A stretch of DNA of 64,000 bases from Longimicrobiales bacterium (GTDB lineage: Bacteria > Gemmatimonadota > Gemmatimonadetes > Longimicrobiales > Gaopeijiaceae). Below, in pieces: positions 10,301 through 19,671 of the stretch; within the stretch, counting starts at the first letter, position 1, and the number at the start of each line of letters is the position of its first letter. The DNA lies in contig OZ244037.1 in the NCBI GenBank assembly GCA_965215065.1, positions 3,779,371-3,843,370 on the forward strand, in the 5' to 3' direction. Made by a program: the position numbers and the translations under genes. The notes under the pieces are model-generated. The model did not search any database, was not told where the DNA came from, and saw nothing but the letters and a program-made list of their open reading frames with translations.

Positions 10301-11967
10301 GAAAACGATCCCCGGACCGATCCGGTGGAGCGGAAGGCGGGAAACAGCTCGCCGAGCGCGGACAGGGAGAGGGGACTCACCGTCCCGGCGAGGTCCACCA
10401 CCGAAATCGCGGTGTCCCCGTAGACGCTGCCGGCGAAGGCGACCGAACTCGAGGAACCCCCCGGCAGGGACTGGTCCGCCGCGATCTCGACGGTGATTCC
10501 CGTCTCGAGGGCTCCGTCGGCGCGGATCGTCATGTTCCCGTGCCCGCGCCACTCGGCCTGCGAAACGAACATATCCAGCAGCGCGTAGTCGAGCGTCGTG
10601 GCCGTCACCGCGACATCGGCAACCCCTTCGGAGCCCAGTGTCGTGCCGCTGCCCGAAAGGTGAACAAGCGTATCGAGGCCGGTCGCGGCGAGAAGCGTCA
10701 GCTCGCCCGCGACGCCCAGGACTCCCGCTGCGCCGTCGAACAGCAGATCTCCCGACAGGAATCCGGTCACCGGCAATGCTTCGGGAAGATACCGCTCCAG
10801 CTCCTCGGTCGCGAACCGCTCCGGCTCGGCGCGCAGCTGCCTCGGTCCGCCGGCGTCGCCCGGCAGGAACGAGCCGGTCAGGGTGATCCTTCCTCCCGCT
10901 CCGAAATCGGCCTCCATACGGTCGAATTCGATCCGAGGACCGGCGGGACCGCCGACGATCCCCACTCTGCCCCGCGCAACGCCGTGATCGAACCTTTCGT
11001 CGATCCAGCTCAGATCGGCCAACGCCAAGCGTGTCATATCGAGGTCGAACGTGGTGTGCAGCCGACCCCCGTCGGAACGGGCCTCCATCCAACGGGCCTC
11101 CATCCTTCCCTCCCCCTCCGACGCAGGCAGCCGGAACCGCGCGGCGTCGATCAGGACGCCCTCCGGCCCTATCTCCACCTCGCCCGTGATGCCGGACAGG
11201 TCGAGCACCCCGTCGCCGGCCGGATACGACAGCGCCACGTCGTCCGCGAAAGCGGCCAGAAAAACGCCGGATCCCGGCCGGATGTCCACCCGGGGAAAGT
11301 CCGCTTCGATGCCCGCGACCCGTTTCTGCGTTCCGTCGGCGTCATTCAGAATCAGCGAGCCGTCCCTTATACGCATGTTCCCGATGCGGAACGCCGGCGG
11401 CGGAGCGTGCGGACCGGACGACGGCAGTGTGTCCGGACCGGGCGGCGGCGCGCCCTCGGCCTCGGCACCGTCACGGAACACCACGAGGGAGCCGAGGTCG
11501 ACACGGCCGCCGGACGGAGCCAGATCGACCACTGCTCCCCAGACTTCAAGATCGCTGATCCCGGGGAGACTTCCCAGCATCCCCGCGACCGAATACCGCG
11601 CTCGAACCGAGTCGGTCGCCAGAACACGGTGCCCCGTACTGTCCTCCAGCCGGAGCTCGTACAGCGTCGCCCCACCGAGAATTCCCCCCGGGCCCACCGA
11701 ACCGACCGTAATCGACCCGTTGATCGCGGGACGCACCCGGGCCAAAGCCCAATCGAGCGCGAGCTCCCGCCCAGCTGCGGTACGGCTGATCCACACGGTT
11801 CCGGCAACTCCGGCCGCCAGAAACAGGCTGACGGCGACGACCGCCCACAGGAAGAAGGCGCGGATCCACCGTCCCCGTGCGGGCTTCTCTTCCCGGCCGC
11901 CCTTGCCGGACGAGCGCCTCGCCGCTCTCGGTGCTCGCGAGGGTTTCACCACGGGCTCAGGGGTCAT
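7357..11967 (-). CDS. tamB: TamB-like translocation and assembly module protein (DUF490-type)
   Basis: Start taken at ATG 11967, 2 nt after the Omp85 gene stop. About 1536 aa with one N-terminal anchor helix ([26 protein letters not shown]) and a long beta-rich body. It lies directly downstream of an Omp85 gene. Call rests on architecture and synteny. Confidence 0.8.
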   Translation of the reverse strand: MTPEPVVKPSRAPRAARRSSGKGGREEKPARGRWIRAFFLWAVVAVSLFLAAGVAGTVWISRTAAGRELALDWALARVRPAINGSITVGSVGPGGILGGATLYELRLEDSTGHRVLATDSVRARYSVAGMLGSLPGISDLEVWGAVVDLAPSGGRVDLGSLVVFRDGAEAEGAPPPGPDTLPSSGPHAPPPAFRIGNMRIRDGSLILNDADGTQKRVAGIEADFPRVDIRPGSGVFLAAFADDVALSYPAGDGVLDLSGITGEVEIGPEGVLIDAARFRLPASEGEGRMEARWMEARSDGGRLHTTFDLDMTRLALADLSWIDERFDHGVARGRVGIVGGPAGPRIEFDRMEADFGAGGRITLTGSFLPGDAGGPRQLRAEPERFATEELERYLPEALPVTGFLSGDLLFDGAAGVLGVAGELTLLAATGLDTLVHLSGSGTTLGSEGVADVAVTATTLDYALLDMFVSQAEWRGHGNMTIRADGALETGITVEIAADQSLPGGSSSSVAFAGSVYGDTAISVVDLAGTVSPLSLSALGELFPAFRSTGSVRGSFSLRGAMDRLNVAVDLETDAGPLTAEGMINARNLAAGYNITASSDGLNLSRLIARLPDSTIVAGRAMLNGRGLDRESLRGNLALDAGPSTIGPLRVDSAELDAWVDAEGLLHVETVYAAAGGTAVRGRGSLGVASDAAGNGVVLSVSSPSIRPLRDIFMGPNLVAWDELPPIEQDLLIAVDGADPDTFPRAGDIRFDGRVDGEVVFTGALDDLSAAAAVDFAGLEYGHVTAGSLGVDLGVTGMSLADPGTSAGGVTAVQDRRSAADSPSSSRVVIRGTVTGDSLTYRDREFQRVALEGDLALGDRGRLRALVRRAEDESYEAQAVVQLDEQGGRVDLDRLTLAFDDERRWNLQGPARFDWGPDAVEVRDFGLIRPGFGGLSLRAHGRLSRGRSDSDFQLRADRLDLQVLGRLLQMDAPPTGILAATLDATGSGDDPEWKGMIRVDRAEYQTLLFDSVSVRGSYADRTLETEFESWTNHRRTIQVEGIVPLDLRLASVADRVPDRPVDLAVAADSFPARMVLGALKSLEEVDGTITGDVTLGGLPSDMAPDGELRLEDFSALVAPLGVRLSAVAADVGLSPHGVVRVTGAGVSGDGTAEVEGTVDLGQLADSVPLNLAFRTDRFQIVDRADMKAAVSSESITLTGSYEFPYIEGTVEVEGGTVFMEEFQRTAEVVDLYDPALFSAATVQIGSDDDDEAGGERIPFLQNLRVLIDMRVGRGNFLRSRQMNVETTGDLTLTFDRRGNQLILQGEMEVARGTYSLGPRPLTLTEGVFRFPGTPGFNPGIAVTAETRLRTREGQPLVITADISGTLLSPVPSFSSDAESAMSEADLINYLFLGRPTSALIGEAGASVGAGRDLLLGRFANEISYLVATGLGVDHISVSRSEGQASAAFGASSLQLEVGKYVLDDVFLTGVFQRGFCTDPTLPRNSGGLRIEMGMPRDVRLQGFMEGRCTRERYRGLGDASLALENIWGFLLFREWGY

Positions 11968-11969
11968 GA

Positions 11970-14240
11970 TCAGAAGGCCTGGCCGATCGAAAAATGAAGC
12001 TGGAAGCGCCGGAGCGAAAACCCGGGATCGTCGCCGAAGAGAACCGGAGGACCCAGAATGGCCAAGTCCTCGGAAACGACCCAATCGATCCACTCGGGCC
12101 CTTCACCGGCAGGTGCGATGTCGATCCGGTCCTCCGCACTGTCCCGTCCGGGAGCATAGGGCCGGATCCGGGAGGTGACCACCTGGAGCGGTTCCTGCAG
12201 CCGGAAGGAATATGCCAGGTCCGCCCGAACGGGACCGAACCGCGTGTTGTAGCGGATCCCGAGCCCCGGGCTCACCTCCAGGTCTTCGAAGTCGGGGTCG
12301 CGCGGCCAGACCTGCCCGACATCGACGAACGCGGCACCGCCCAGAACGCCGTCGGCGAGCTCGAAGCGCAGTTCCGCGCTCGCTTCGAAGGTCGACAACC
12401 CGCCCACGGGGCGGAGCTGGAAGAGGTTGTCGTGCAGGGCGGATGCGTCGCAGGTCGAGTCTACGATTGCGGATGGAAGGCAGGTGGGCCGCGCCGCCCC
12501 GCCCCGCCGGCGGAGGAGCTCTTCCACGCCGACCGACAGGCTTCTGGGTCCCAGGCTGCTCTGGGCGAATCCGCGCACGCTGTTTGCGCCTCCGCCGTAG
12601 AAGCGCTTCTGCGACGGAACCACCTCGGAGAAGCGTTCGGTCTCGGACGCGATGCCCAGGAAGCCGCCGGGACCGATCCGGCCCGCGCGGAGCCGGAGCG
12701 CGAGTACCGTTCCCGCGCCGATCCCGTTGTAGAAGCTGGCGTCCGCGAAGGCCCGCACGTACGCGTATTCCGATCCCGTGAAGCTGTCGGCGACCTCCAG
12801 GTCCAACAGGGCTCTGGAGCCGCTCGAGGGGTTGAAGATGTTGTCGCTGCGGTCGCGGTTGAAGGACATCGCAACCGGCGAAAGCCGTGTCGTGTTGGAC
12901 AGAACTTCGATGTCCACCGGGGTGCAGGTCAGAAATGTCGCACACAGCGTGACTTCGGCGGCCTCCAGGCGGCTGAGCTGCGGGCGGAATCGCAGGCTCA
13001 TGAAGGAGCCGATGCCCAGGTTGCGGCTGAACCCCAGATCCATGCCGAACGCTTGGCGCACGAAGATGTTCTTCCGGCTCTGGCGCTCGGCGAACAGGCC
13101 CACTGCGAGATCGTTCCGTCGGGACAGCAGGGTCGGCTGGTTGAAATCGATGCTCGCAAGCCAGTTGAGGCGCCCGAAGCGGCCGGTCCCCGCCTGTGCG
13201 CAGAGAGGCGTGGCCTGAAGGAGTCCGGCAAGAAGGTTGGACAGGCGCACCCGGGCTTGAAGGGTGCGGCCGCCTCCCAGAAAATTCCTGCTCGTCCATC
13301 GCCCTTCGACGTTGAAGCAGTCTGCGCTGTTGGCGCCGCCGGCCGCCCGGACCCGGTGGACATCGTCCTCCACCACCTCCACAAGTATCGGCATTACAGA
13401 GTCGGTCGCCGTCCGGGCCGTGTCACGCCGCACCTGCGCCCGCGAAACGATGCCCAGATCGTGCAGGCTTCTCTGAGCCTCGCGGACCTGATCCTCGCGA
13501 AACAGCTGCCCTTCGCGGAACGGCAGGCGCGCCAGAATCACGTCGTCGGCGAGAAGCCTGTTTCCGGTCACTTCGATGGACCCGAAGGTCGTGCGCGGAC
13601 CAAGCTCCACGCGGTAGACGACGGAGGCGGTGTCGCTGTCCCGGGCACGGTCGAAGCCGTAGAAGACATCGGCGAAGGCGTATCCCGCGTTGCGAAGGCG
13701 TTGCGTGAGGGTGTCGCGCGCCACGATGAGCTGGTAGCTCGCGGGGTCGCCCGGTGCGACGGGGATATTCGATTCGATGTCCAGCGTCGGCGGGATCGGG
13801 TCGCCGCTGAACTCGATGGAGCCGACCCGGAACAGCAGACCCTCGCTGATTCGGAAGACGACCGCCACCGTACCGTCGCCGTCGTCGCGCACCAGCTCCG
13901 CGTCAACGGCCGTCCCCCGGAATCCGTTGGCGCGGTAGAGCCGGCGCAGCCGGTCCGTGTCGTCGCCGAGGACACGCGAGCTCACGTATTGACGATCCCG
14001 AAACCAGTCGATGCCCATGGCGCATGTGGTGACCGTCAGGATCGGGGGACAGCTCGAAGCCGTGGTGAGGACGGCGCGGCGCAGCTCGGCGTCCGAAAAA
14101 GTGCGGTTGCCCTGGAACTCGACCGCGGTGATCTCCTCACGAACCGTCTGCCCGGAAACGGTTTCGGAGATGGCGATCCCGAATACCGACGCGAGGATCG
14201 CTGCGAATGCCGTACCGGGTATTTTTAAGGGACGGTCCAT
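11970..14240 (-). CDS. Omp85-family outer membrane protein (BamA/TamA-like, POTRA plus surface-antigen barrel)
   Basis: 756 aa with a signal peptide (MDRPLKIPGTAFAAILASVFGIAISETVSGQ) and POTRA-like repeats (ITAVEFQGNRTFSDAELRR, IGSIEFSGD, FGSIEVTGN). The C-terminal barrel ends with an aromatic residue (...FSIGQAF). Confidence 0.85.
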   Translation of the reverse strand: MDRPLKIPGTAFAAILASVFGIAISETVSGQTVREEITAVEFQGNRTFSDAELRRAVLTTASSCPPILTVTTCAMGIDWFRDRQYVSSRVLGDDTDRLRRLYRANGFRGTAVDAELVRDDGDGTVAVVFRISEGLLFRVGSIEFSGDPIPPTLDIESNIPVAPGDPASYQLIVARDTLTQRLRNAGYAFADVFYGFDRARDSDTASVVYRVELGPRTTFGSIEVTGNRLLADDVILARLPFREGQLFREDQVREAQRSLHDLGIVSRAQVRRDTARTATDSVMPILVEVVEDDVHRVRAAGGANSADCFNVEGRWTSRNFLGGGRTLQARVRLSNLLAGLLQATPLCAQAGTGRFGRLNWLASIDFNQPTLLSRRNDLAVGLFAERQSRKNIFVRQAFGMDLGFSRNLGIGSFMSLRFRPQLSRLEAAEVTLCATFLTCTPVDIEVLSNTTRLSPVAMSFNRDRSDNIFNPSSGSRALLDLEVADSFTGSEYAYVRAFADASFYNGIGAGTVLALRLRAGRIGPGGFLGIASETERFSEVVPSQKRFYGGGANSVRGFAQSSLGPRSLSVGVEELLRRRGGAARPTCLPSAIVDSTCDASALHDNLFQLRPVGGLSTFEASAELRFELADGVLGGAAFVDVGQVWPRDPDFEDLEVSPGLGIRYNTRFGPVRADLAYSFRLQEPLQVVTSRIRPYAPGRDSAEDRIDIAPAGEGPEWIDWVVSEDLAILGPPVLFGDDPGFSLRRFQLHFSIGQAF

Positions 14241-14246
14241 CCCGTG

Positions 14247-15140
14247 CTATCCCGTGCGCCGGGGATACCGGCGGCTCCCCGCGGGTTCGAAGCAGCCGAC
14301 GTCCTCGGAATAAAGATAAACCGTGACATCGAGCCTCGAATCCCGAACCCTGACGACGTTGAGAGAGTTCCGCCCCTCTTCCGGCACCCGGCCGCGGCTG
14401 GACGACGCGGTGCCGGCCGTGACGACCGGCACAGCTTTTTCCCGGTCTTCCCGGTCGCTCGACGATGCGCACCGACCCAGGCCGAGGTGCGCCCGATGGA
14501 TGTGCCCCGAAAGCACCAGGTTCACGCCCCACTCCCTGGCCGCACACAGAATGCGCCGGGCCTCGGGGAGGGTGTGGACCGGCTCTCCGTCGTCCGGCTC
14601 CAAAAGATTATGGTGGACGACCAGCACGCGAAGGGTCCGGGGCGCGGCATTCGCAAAGGCCGTCGCCGCGAAGCTCAGCTGTGCGTCGGCCAGGCGGCCG
14701 TTGACGACGGCGGAGTAAGGGGCGGAGGAGTTGAGAGCGACGAACCGGGCACTGCCGCGTCCGTCCGCGCCTGCCCTCACGCGGCCTTGCGCGGGTGCGG
14801 GGACAGTCTCCCGGTCTCTCGCGCTGCCCATGTCGAGGACCGAATCGAGCTCGCTCCCGATGTACGTCCGGTAGTTGCGGTACGGTGCGAAGATGCGCTC
14901 CCACACGCGGTAGAGCGGAACATCGTGGTTTCCCGCCGTGACCACGACGGGGATCGGTGCGAGTCGGTCCAAGAAGCGTTTCGCGGCCCGGTACTCCCGC
15001 GCCTTGGCCCGTTGCGTGAGGTCTCCCGAAACGACGACGACATCGGGATCCTGCTCCCTCGCGAGGCGGACGATCGCCTCGGCGACGACCGGACGGTGCG
15101 GCGCGCCGAAGTGCAGATCGGACGCGTGGAGGATGATCAC
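14247..15140 (-). CDS. Calcineurin-like metallophosphoesterase
   Basis: 297 aa with ILHASDLHFG, VVVSGDLT, GNHD and GHIH metallophosphoesterase signature blocks. Confidence 0.85.
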   Translation of the reverse strand: MIILHASDLHFGAPHRPVVAEAIVRLAREQDPDVVVVSGDLTQRAKAREYRAAKRFLDRLAPIPVVVTAGNHDVPLYRVWERIFAPYRNYRTYIGSELDSVLDMGSARDRETVPAPAQGRVRAGADGRGSARFVALNSSAPYSAVVNGRLADAQLSFAATAFANAAPRTLRVLVVHHNLLEPDDGEPVHTLPEARRILCAAREWGVNLVLSGHIHRAHLGLGRCASSSDREDREKAVPVVTAGTASSSRGRVPEEGRNSLNVVRVRDSRLDVTVYLYSEDVGCFEPAGSRRYPRRTG

Positions 15141-15155
15141 CCGCGTGCGACGTCC

Positions 15156-16001
15156 TTATGCGGGCCGCTGGCCCGCCCGTCGCAGCTTGACCATCCAGGT
15201 GACGCCGACACCCACCAACAGCAGGGAGATCACCTGGGCGAGGGTCAGCACGCCGAAGAAGCGGTCGTCCTTCGCCCGGAAGATCTCGACCACGAAGCGC
15301 TCCGCGCCCGCCAGGGCAAGCCATGTCATGAAGATCCACCCGGCCCGGTGCCCTTTGCCGCGCAGGGTCCACAGCAGGAAGAAGATCAGGGTGGAGATCC
15401 CGGTCTCGTAGAGCTGCGTGGGGTGCACGGGAAGGATCTCGCCGTACTTCTCGATCATCGCCGGATCGACCGCGATTCCGAATTGTTCGCTGATCGTGCC
15501 GGCGTGCGAAGGCGGCGCGCCGTCGGGGAACGCGATGCCCACCCAGGAATCGGTCGGGCGGCCGTAGTCGTCTCCCACCAGGAAGCAGCCGATTCTCCCC
15601 ACCGCGTAGGCCAGGGCGAGAGCCGGAGCGGCCGCGTCGGCGGTCTTCCCCAACGGCAGACCGAGCTTGCGGATCCTCCACACCACCAAGGCCGCCGCCA
15701 GCAGAAAGCCTCCGTACCAGACCATCCCCCCCCGGGCGAAAAGCATGCCCGCGGGGTCGGCGAAGAAGCGGGGATAGTTGAGGAACACGTAGTAGAGCCT
15801 GGCCCCGGCGACTCCTCCCACCACGGCCATGAAAAGCAGATCCCATGCGATCTCGGGATCGCGGCCCATGCGGCCCAGTTCGGCCTTGAGAACATAGCCT
15901 CCCGTCAGAAAGGCCAGGAGCATCATGGCTCCGAACGAGGTGATCGGCGCGCCCCCCAGGATCGGGAACCAATCGGGCAAGTGGAATAGAACGGGATACA
16001 T
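15156..16001 (-). CDS. lgt: Prolipoprotein diacylglyceryl transferase
   Basis: 281-aa polytopic membrane protein with GARLYYV, GGMVWYGG, GRIGCFLVGDDYG and HPTQLYE, the conserved Lgt blocks. Confidence 0.95.
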   Translation of the reverse strand: MYPVLFHLPDWFPILGGAPITSFGAMMLLAFLTGGYVLKAELGRMGRDPEIAWDLLFMAVVGGVAGARLYYVFLNYPRFFADPAGMLFARGGMVWYGGFLLAAALVVWRIRKLGLPLGKTADAAAPALALAYAVGRIGCFLVGDDYGRPTDSWVGIAFPDGAPPSHAGTISEQFGIAVDPAMIEKYGEILPVHPTQLYETGISTLIFFLLWTLRGKGHRAGWIFMTWLALAGAERFVVEIFRAKDDRFFGVLTLAQVISLLLVGVGVTWMVKLRRAGQRPA

Positions 16002-16003
16002 GT

Positions 16004-17185
16004 CTATTGCGTCCTGTCAGTGTCGGTTCCTGTCGCCCGGGCCGCCGTCCACGGCTCGATTCCCGGGAGCGGAACGCTGGCTTGGGCATCGTGCAGTTCG
16101 CCGAAGTCGCCGTGATCCAACCGGAACTGTCCGGCGCGTGCGATCATGGCTCCGTTGTCGAGCGACACCCGAGGCGACCCGACGAAGAGGCGGCCGGAGG
16201 GTCCTGTTTCGCCACCGGCTGCCAGTCCTTCGCGGAACCGCGCCCGGAGGGGGCCGTTCGCGGACACCCCGCCCCCCAAGAGCACCCGGTCGCATCCGAC
16301 CGCATGCATCGCCGCGAAGGTCTTGCCGGTCAGGACGTCGACCACCGCCTCCTGGAACGAAGCGGCGACGTGCGCGCGTTCGTCTTCGAGCCTGCCCTTG
16401 CACACGAGGTCGGCGACGGTCCGCGCGACCGCGGTCTTCAGCCCGGAGAAAGAGAAGTCGAAGGCGGCGCTGCGGCCGGCTACGTTGCGGCCCGCTCCGC
16501 ACGCCGGTCGGCACCCTGTCCGTCCATGCTGTCGTTCCCTGGACGCGCGGCCGGCACGCGTCCTGCGGCCGCCCCGCATCATCGGCCTCGGAAAGCCGTA
16601 GCGGGCGGGATCGCCCTTCTCGGCCGCGGCCTGTACCGCGGGACCGCCCGGGTAGGGAAGACCGAGCAGCTTCCCGACCTTGTCGAAGGCCTCGCCGGCC
16701 GCGTCGTCCCTGGTCTGGCCGAGGAGGTAATAGCGTCCCCACGCAGGCACCCAAAGCAGCATCGTATGGCCCCCCGACACCAGCAGGGCGACGAACGGCG
16801 GAGTCGCGTCCGGGTCCTCGAGCACGGGACCGAACAGATGACCCTCCATGTGGTGCACGGGCACCCAGGGAACCCCGAGGGCGAAGGCGGCCGCGCGCGC
16901 CCAGGACACCCCGACCAGAAGCGCCCCGATGAGGCCCGGGCCCGCCGCCGCCGCGACCGCGCGAAGTTCGCGGCGGTCGACTCCCGCTTCTGCGAGCGCC
17001 GCCGTCACCACCGGCTCGATCCGTCTCAGGTGGTCGCGGGCCGCGAGCTCGGGCACCACCCCGCCGTAGATGCGGTGCATGTCCTGGGAGTGGATCACCA
17101 GCGCCAGGATCCTTCCACGCTCGTCGAGGACCCCTGCGGACGTTTCGTCGCATGTGGTCTCGACGCCGAGTACGGGACCGATCAC
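16004..17185 (-). CDS. tsaD: tRNA N6-adenosine threonylcarbamoyltransferase TsaD
   Basis: Only the last 393 codons of track ORF 16004..18094 are taken. GTG at 17185 overlaps the upstream stop (GTGA). Motifs: VLGVETTCDETS, VHHMEGHL, GGHT, FSFSGLKTAV. It contains an Arg-rich insertion of about 38 aa (see findings). Confidence 0.92.
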   Translation of the reverse strand: MIGPVLGVETTCDETSAGVLDERGRILALVIHSQDMHRIYGGVVPELAARDHLRRIEPVVTAALAEAGVDRRELRAVAAAAGPGLIGALLVGVSWARAAAFALGVPWVPVHHMEGHLFGPVLEDPDATPPFVALLVSGGHTMLLWVPAWGRYYLLGQTRDDAAGEAFDKVGKLLGLPYPGGPAVQAAAEKGDPARYGFPRPMMRGGRRTRAGRASRERQHGRTGCRPACGAGRNVAGRSAAFDFSFSGLKTAVARTVADLVCKGRLEDERAHVAASFQEAVVDVLTGKTFAAMHAVGCDRVLLGGGVSANGPLRARFREGLAAGGETGPSGRLFVGSPRVSLDNGAMIARAGQFRLDHGDFGELHDAQASVPLPGIEPWTAARATGTDTDRTQ

Positions 17186-18165
17186 GGCGAGCCGGTTCTT
17201 CGCAGGGTCACCGAGTCGGGCTCCGCGACGCCGTCCACGAACCGCGGCAGACCGCTCACTTCCACGGGAAGGCGAACCTCGCCGTATTCGTCGATCGCGC
17301 GCCGAATCTCCATCGGGTCGGTCGATACCCTCGCCACCAGACCGGCTGCACCGGACTCGCCGAGAAATGCGTCGAGAACCGCGCCCGCGCCCGACAGCCT
17401 CACGTTCACCGAGGCCGGCTCCACCGCTGGGGCCGCCACACGGTCTTCTCCGCCGCCGCCAAGCTCCACAGGTACCGGTCCCGTCGCACGGCTCTCCCTG
17501 GTCGCGGCCTCCACCGTAACCGTGGCCGTCATCGGGCTGACGACCAGTCCCGCCAGCCCGGTCGTGTCGATCCCGATGTCGAACCGTCCCGATCCGGTCA
17601 GGCCGCCGAGGTCGAAGGGGCGGAGGAAGACCGTCTCCAAAGCGTCCACTTCCGAAGCGGAACCCCGTACCTGTGCGAAGAGCAGGTTCGCGCGGGGCTC
17701 GGCGACCAGGGCCAGCGAGTCGGGAATCCGGCCGACAAGGCGCAGCGATACGGGGATGTCTTCGATCCTGTACCTTTCGAAGAGCAGCCGCACCGAACTC
17801 GGTGTGAAATCCTCGATGGCTACGCTCCCGCGGTCCACATGCTGCACCCAGTCCGACTCGAGTTCGAGCACCAGATCCTCCCCGGGAACCGAGTCCACGG
17901 GGATCACGACGACCGGCTCGGCCATCGCGACGCGAAAGAGATCCCGCATGGGACCGTCGACGGTCATGGCGACGGTGGAAGGCGAAGGCTCGCCTTTCAG
18001 GAGCCATTCCGAGTCCACCTGATCCACGCGCACCTGAACGCCCGGGATCGCCAGGCGGCTCACGCGGTCGTCGCTGAGCCGCATGGTGACCCACAGGAGA
18101 ACGGCCAAGGCCAGGGCGGCCAGTTTGATCCGCCAGTTGCGCGCGAGAAGACCGGGGAACGACAC
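17182..18165 (-). CDS. YbbR-like domain membrane-anchored protein
   Basis: 327 aa with an N-terminal anchor (WRIKLAALALAVLLWV) followed by repeated beta-rich modules of YbbR/CdaR style. GTG start. Family assignment by eye only. Confidence 0.5.
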   Translation of the reverse strand: MSFPGLLARNWRIKLAALALAVLLWVTMRLSDDRVSRLAIPGVQVRVDQVDSEWLLKGEPSPSTVAMTVDGPMRDLFRVAMAEPVVVIPVDSVPGEDLVLELESDWVQHVDRGSVAIEDFTPSSVRLLFERYRIEDIPVSLRLVGRIPDSLALVAEPRANLLFAQVRGSASEVDALETVFLRPFDLGGLTGSGRFDIGIDTTGLAGLVVSPMTATVTVEAATRESRATGPVPVELGGGGEDRVAAPAVEPASVNVRLSGAGAVLDAFLGESGAAGLVARVSTDPMEIRRAIDEYGEVRLPVEVSGLPRFVDGVAEPDSVTLRRTGSP

Positions 18166-18169
18166 GCTG

Positions 18170-18775
18170 CTATCCTCCTTCTCCGATGAGGCGTCTGACG
18201 AGACCGACGTTGGCGTCGGAGTCCCAAGCCGTGGCTCCGGCCACCTTCTTGTAGATCACGCCGTCCCCGCTGATGAGGAAGGACTCCGGCACGCCGGAAG
18301 TGCGATAGGTACGCTGGATGTCTCCGGAGGGGTTCAGGAGGATCGGGAAGGTAAGTCCCAGGTCGCGGGCGAAGGCCAGCGGATCGCCGCCGGGGTTGCC
18401 GGCCGCGTCGGCTTCGCCCTCGGCCGCGTCGATGCTTATCGCGGCGATCTCGAAGTCATCGGGTGAAAAGTTTTCGTAGAGGCGCTGCATCGACGGCATC
18501 TCCTCGCGGCAGGGCGCGCACCATGTCGCCCAGACGTTCAGAAGGAGGACCTTGCCTTCGTAGGTCGCCAGGGTCACTGCCGAGCCGTTTGCGTCGACAA
18601 CCTCGAAGTCCGGTGCCGGGTACCCTGAAACAACCGGCTGGACGCGATTCCGGGCGAGCCACGCGGCTGCGACCACGCCGCCCGCAACGACGATCGCCAG
18701 CAGATACGGCCAGCGGCCGACCCGTCGTGCGACGTCCCCGACCTGTCGTGCGCCGCCCGCGCGGTCCGATTTCAT
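18170..18775 (-). CDS. TlpA/ResA-like periplasmic thiol-disulfide oxidoreductase
   Basis: 201 aa with an anchor helix and the thioredoxin motif VWATWCAPCREEMP. The GVPESFLI cis-Pro block is present. Confidence 0.85.
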   Translation of the reverse strand: MKSDRAGGARQVGDVARRVGRWPYLLAIVVAGGVVAAAWLARNRVQPVVSGYPAPDFEVVDANGSAVTLATYEGKVLLLNVWATWCAPCREEMPSMQRLYENFSPDDFEIAAISIDAAEGEADAAGNPGGDPLAFARDLGLTFPILLNPSGDIQRTYRTSGVPESFLISGDGVIYKKVAGATAWDSDANVGLVRRLIGEGG

Positions 18776-19671
18776 CGCCAGGAAACCTCCCGCCCGACGA
18801 CCAGCCGGACATTCGTGCCCTCCGCGACGGGTTCGTCCGGTCTGGGATACTGGCCGAAGACCAGTCCGACATTCAGTAAACTGTACCGTATATCCACTTC
18901 TTCCAGGACCAGTCCCAAAGCCCGCACCAGAGCGAACGCCTCTCCCTGCGTCGTTCCGGCAAGGTCCGGCATGAGGAAGGTGGGGGGACCGCTGCTGACC
19001 ATGATCCGCACGCTGCCGGGAAGTGCGACTTCGGTCCCCGGTTCGGGATCGATCCCCAGAACGCGGCCGACGGCGACGGTCGACTCCACGGTGTCGACCT
19101 GCACCGCGAACCCGCCGGCCGCCAGCAGCTCGGCCGCCCGGCCGCCGCCGAGACGAGTCAGATCCGGCACGGGGCGCACCTCGCGGCCCGACGAGACCGT
19201 AACGCGCACGGGCGCATGAACCAGAGCGGTCAGCCCCGGCAAGGGACTCTGCCCGATGACCGCGCCGGCCGCCGCCACGGGATGCCGCACCGAATCGACC
19301 CGGCTCACGGCGAGCCCCGAGTCCTCCAGCTCCGAAAGGGCCAGCGCCAAAGGCCGACCGCGCAGATCCGGTACGCTCTGCAGCTGGACCGGGGTGTCGG
19401 GGACGGGAAAGACGAGGGTGACGGCGACCAGATACCCCAGACCCAGCCCGAACCCGGCGACCATGAGCGCGGCCAGCGCCGGATGCACCGAAATGCGCCT
19501 CGCCCGCACCGGTTCGGCTCCGGCACCCCTCGCCCCTCCACTTCCGGAACCGCGTGAACGGCGCCCGGAACCGCGTGGACGGCGCCCGGGCTCGCCTGGA
19601 CGGCGCGTCTTCTTCGCCGTGGCCCTGGCCGCGCTCCTCCGTCTCCGACGGATCGAACTGCCCAGATCCAT
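18772..19671 (-). CDS. Stand-alone PASTA-domain membrane protein
   Basis: Start taken at ATG 19671 (TGATG junction with the rsmB stop). Arg-rich cytoplasmic head, then one TM segment (ALAALMVAGFGLGLGYLVAVTLVF). Three PASTA-like repeats follow (VPDLRGRP...VTVSSG, VPDLTRLG...IMVSSG, MPDLAGTT...LVVGRE). Confidence 0.7.
   Translation of the reverse strand: MDLGSSIRRRRRSAARATAKKTRRPGEPGRRPRGSGRRSRGSGSGGARGAGAEPVRARRISVHPALAALMVAGFGLGLGYLVAVTLVFPVPDTPVQLQSVPDLRGRPLALALSELEDSGLAVSRVDSVRHPVAAAGAVIGQSPLPGLTALVHAPVRVTVSSGREVRPVPDLTRLGGGRAAELLAAGGFAVQVDTVESTVAVGRVLGIDPEPGTEVALPGSVRIMVSSGPPTFLMPDLAGTTQGEAFALVRALGLVLEEVDIRYSLLNVGLVFGQYPRPDEPVAEGTNVRLVVGREVSWR

Noticed and set aside
17186-18094. Upstream extension of the tsaD ORF (16004..18094); likewise 21102..21659 for rsmB, 29479..30411 for yajC and 30675..30977 for tgt
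   Set aside because: The extensions overlap well-supported upstream genes in another frame and have Arg-rich composition. The conserved family N-termini start at the GTG/ATG/TTG codons that overlap the upstream stops.
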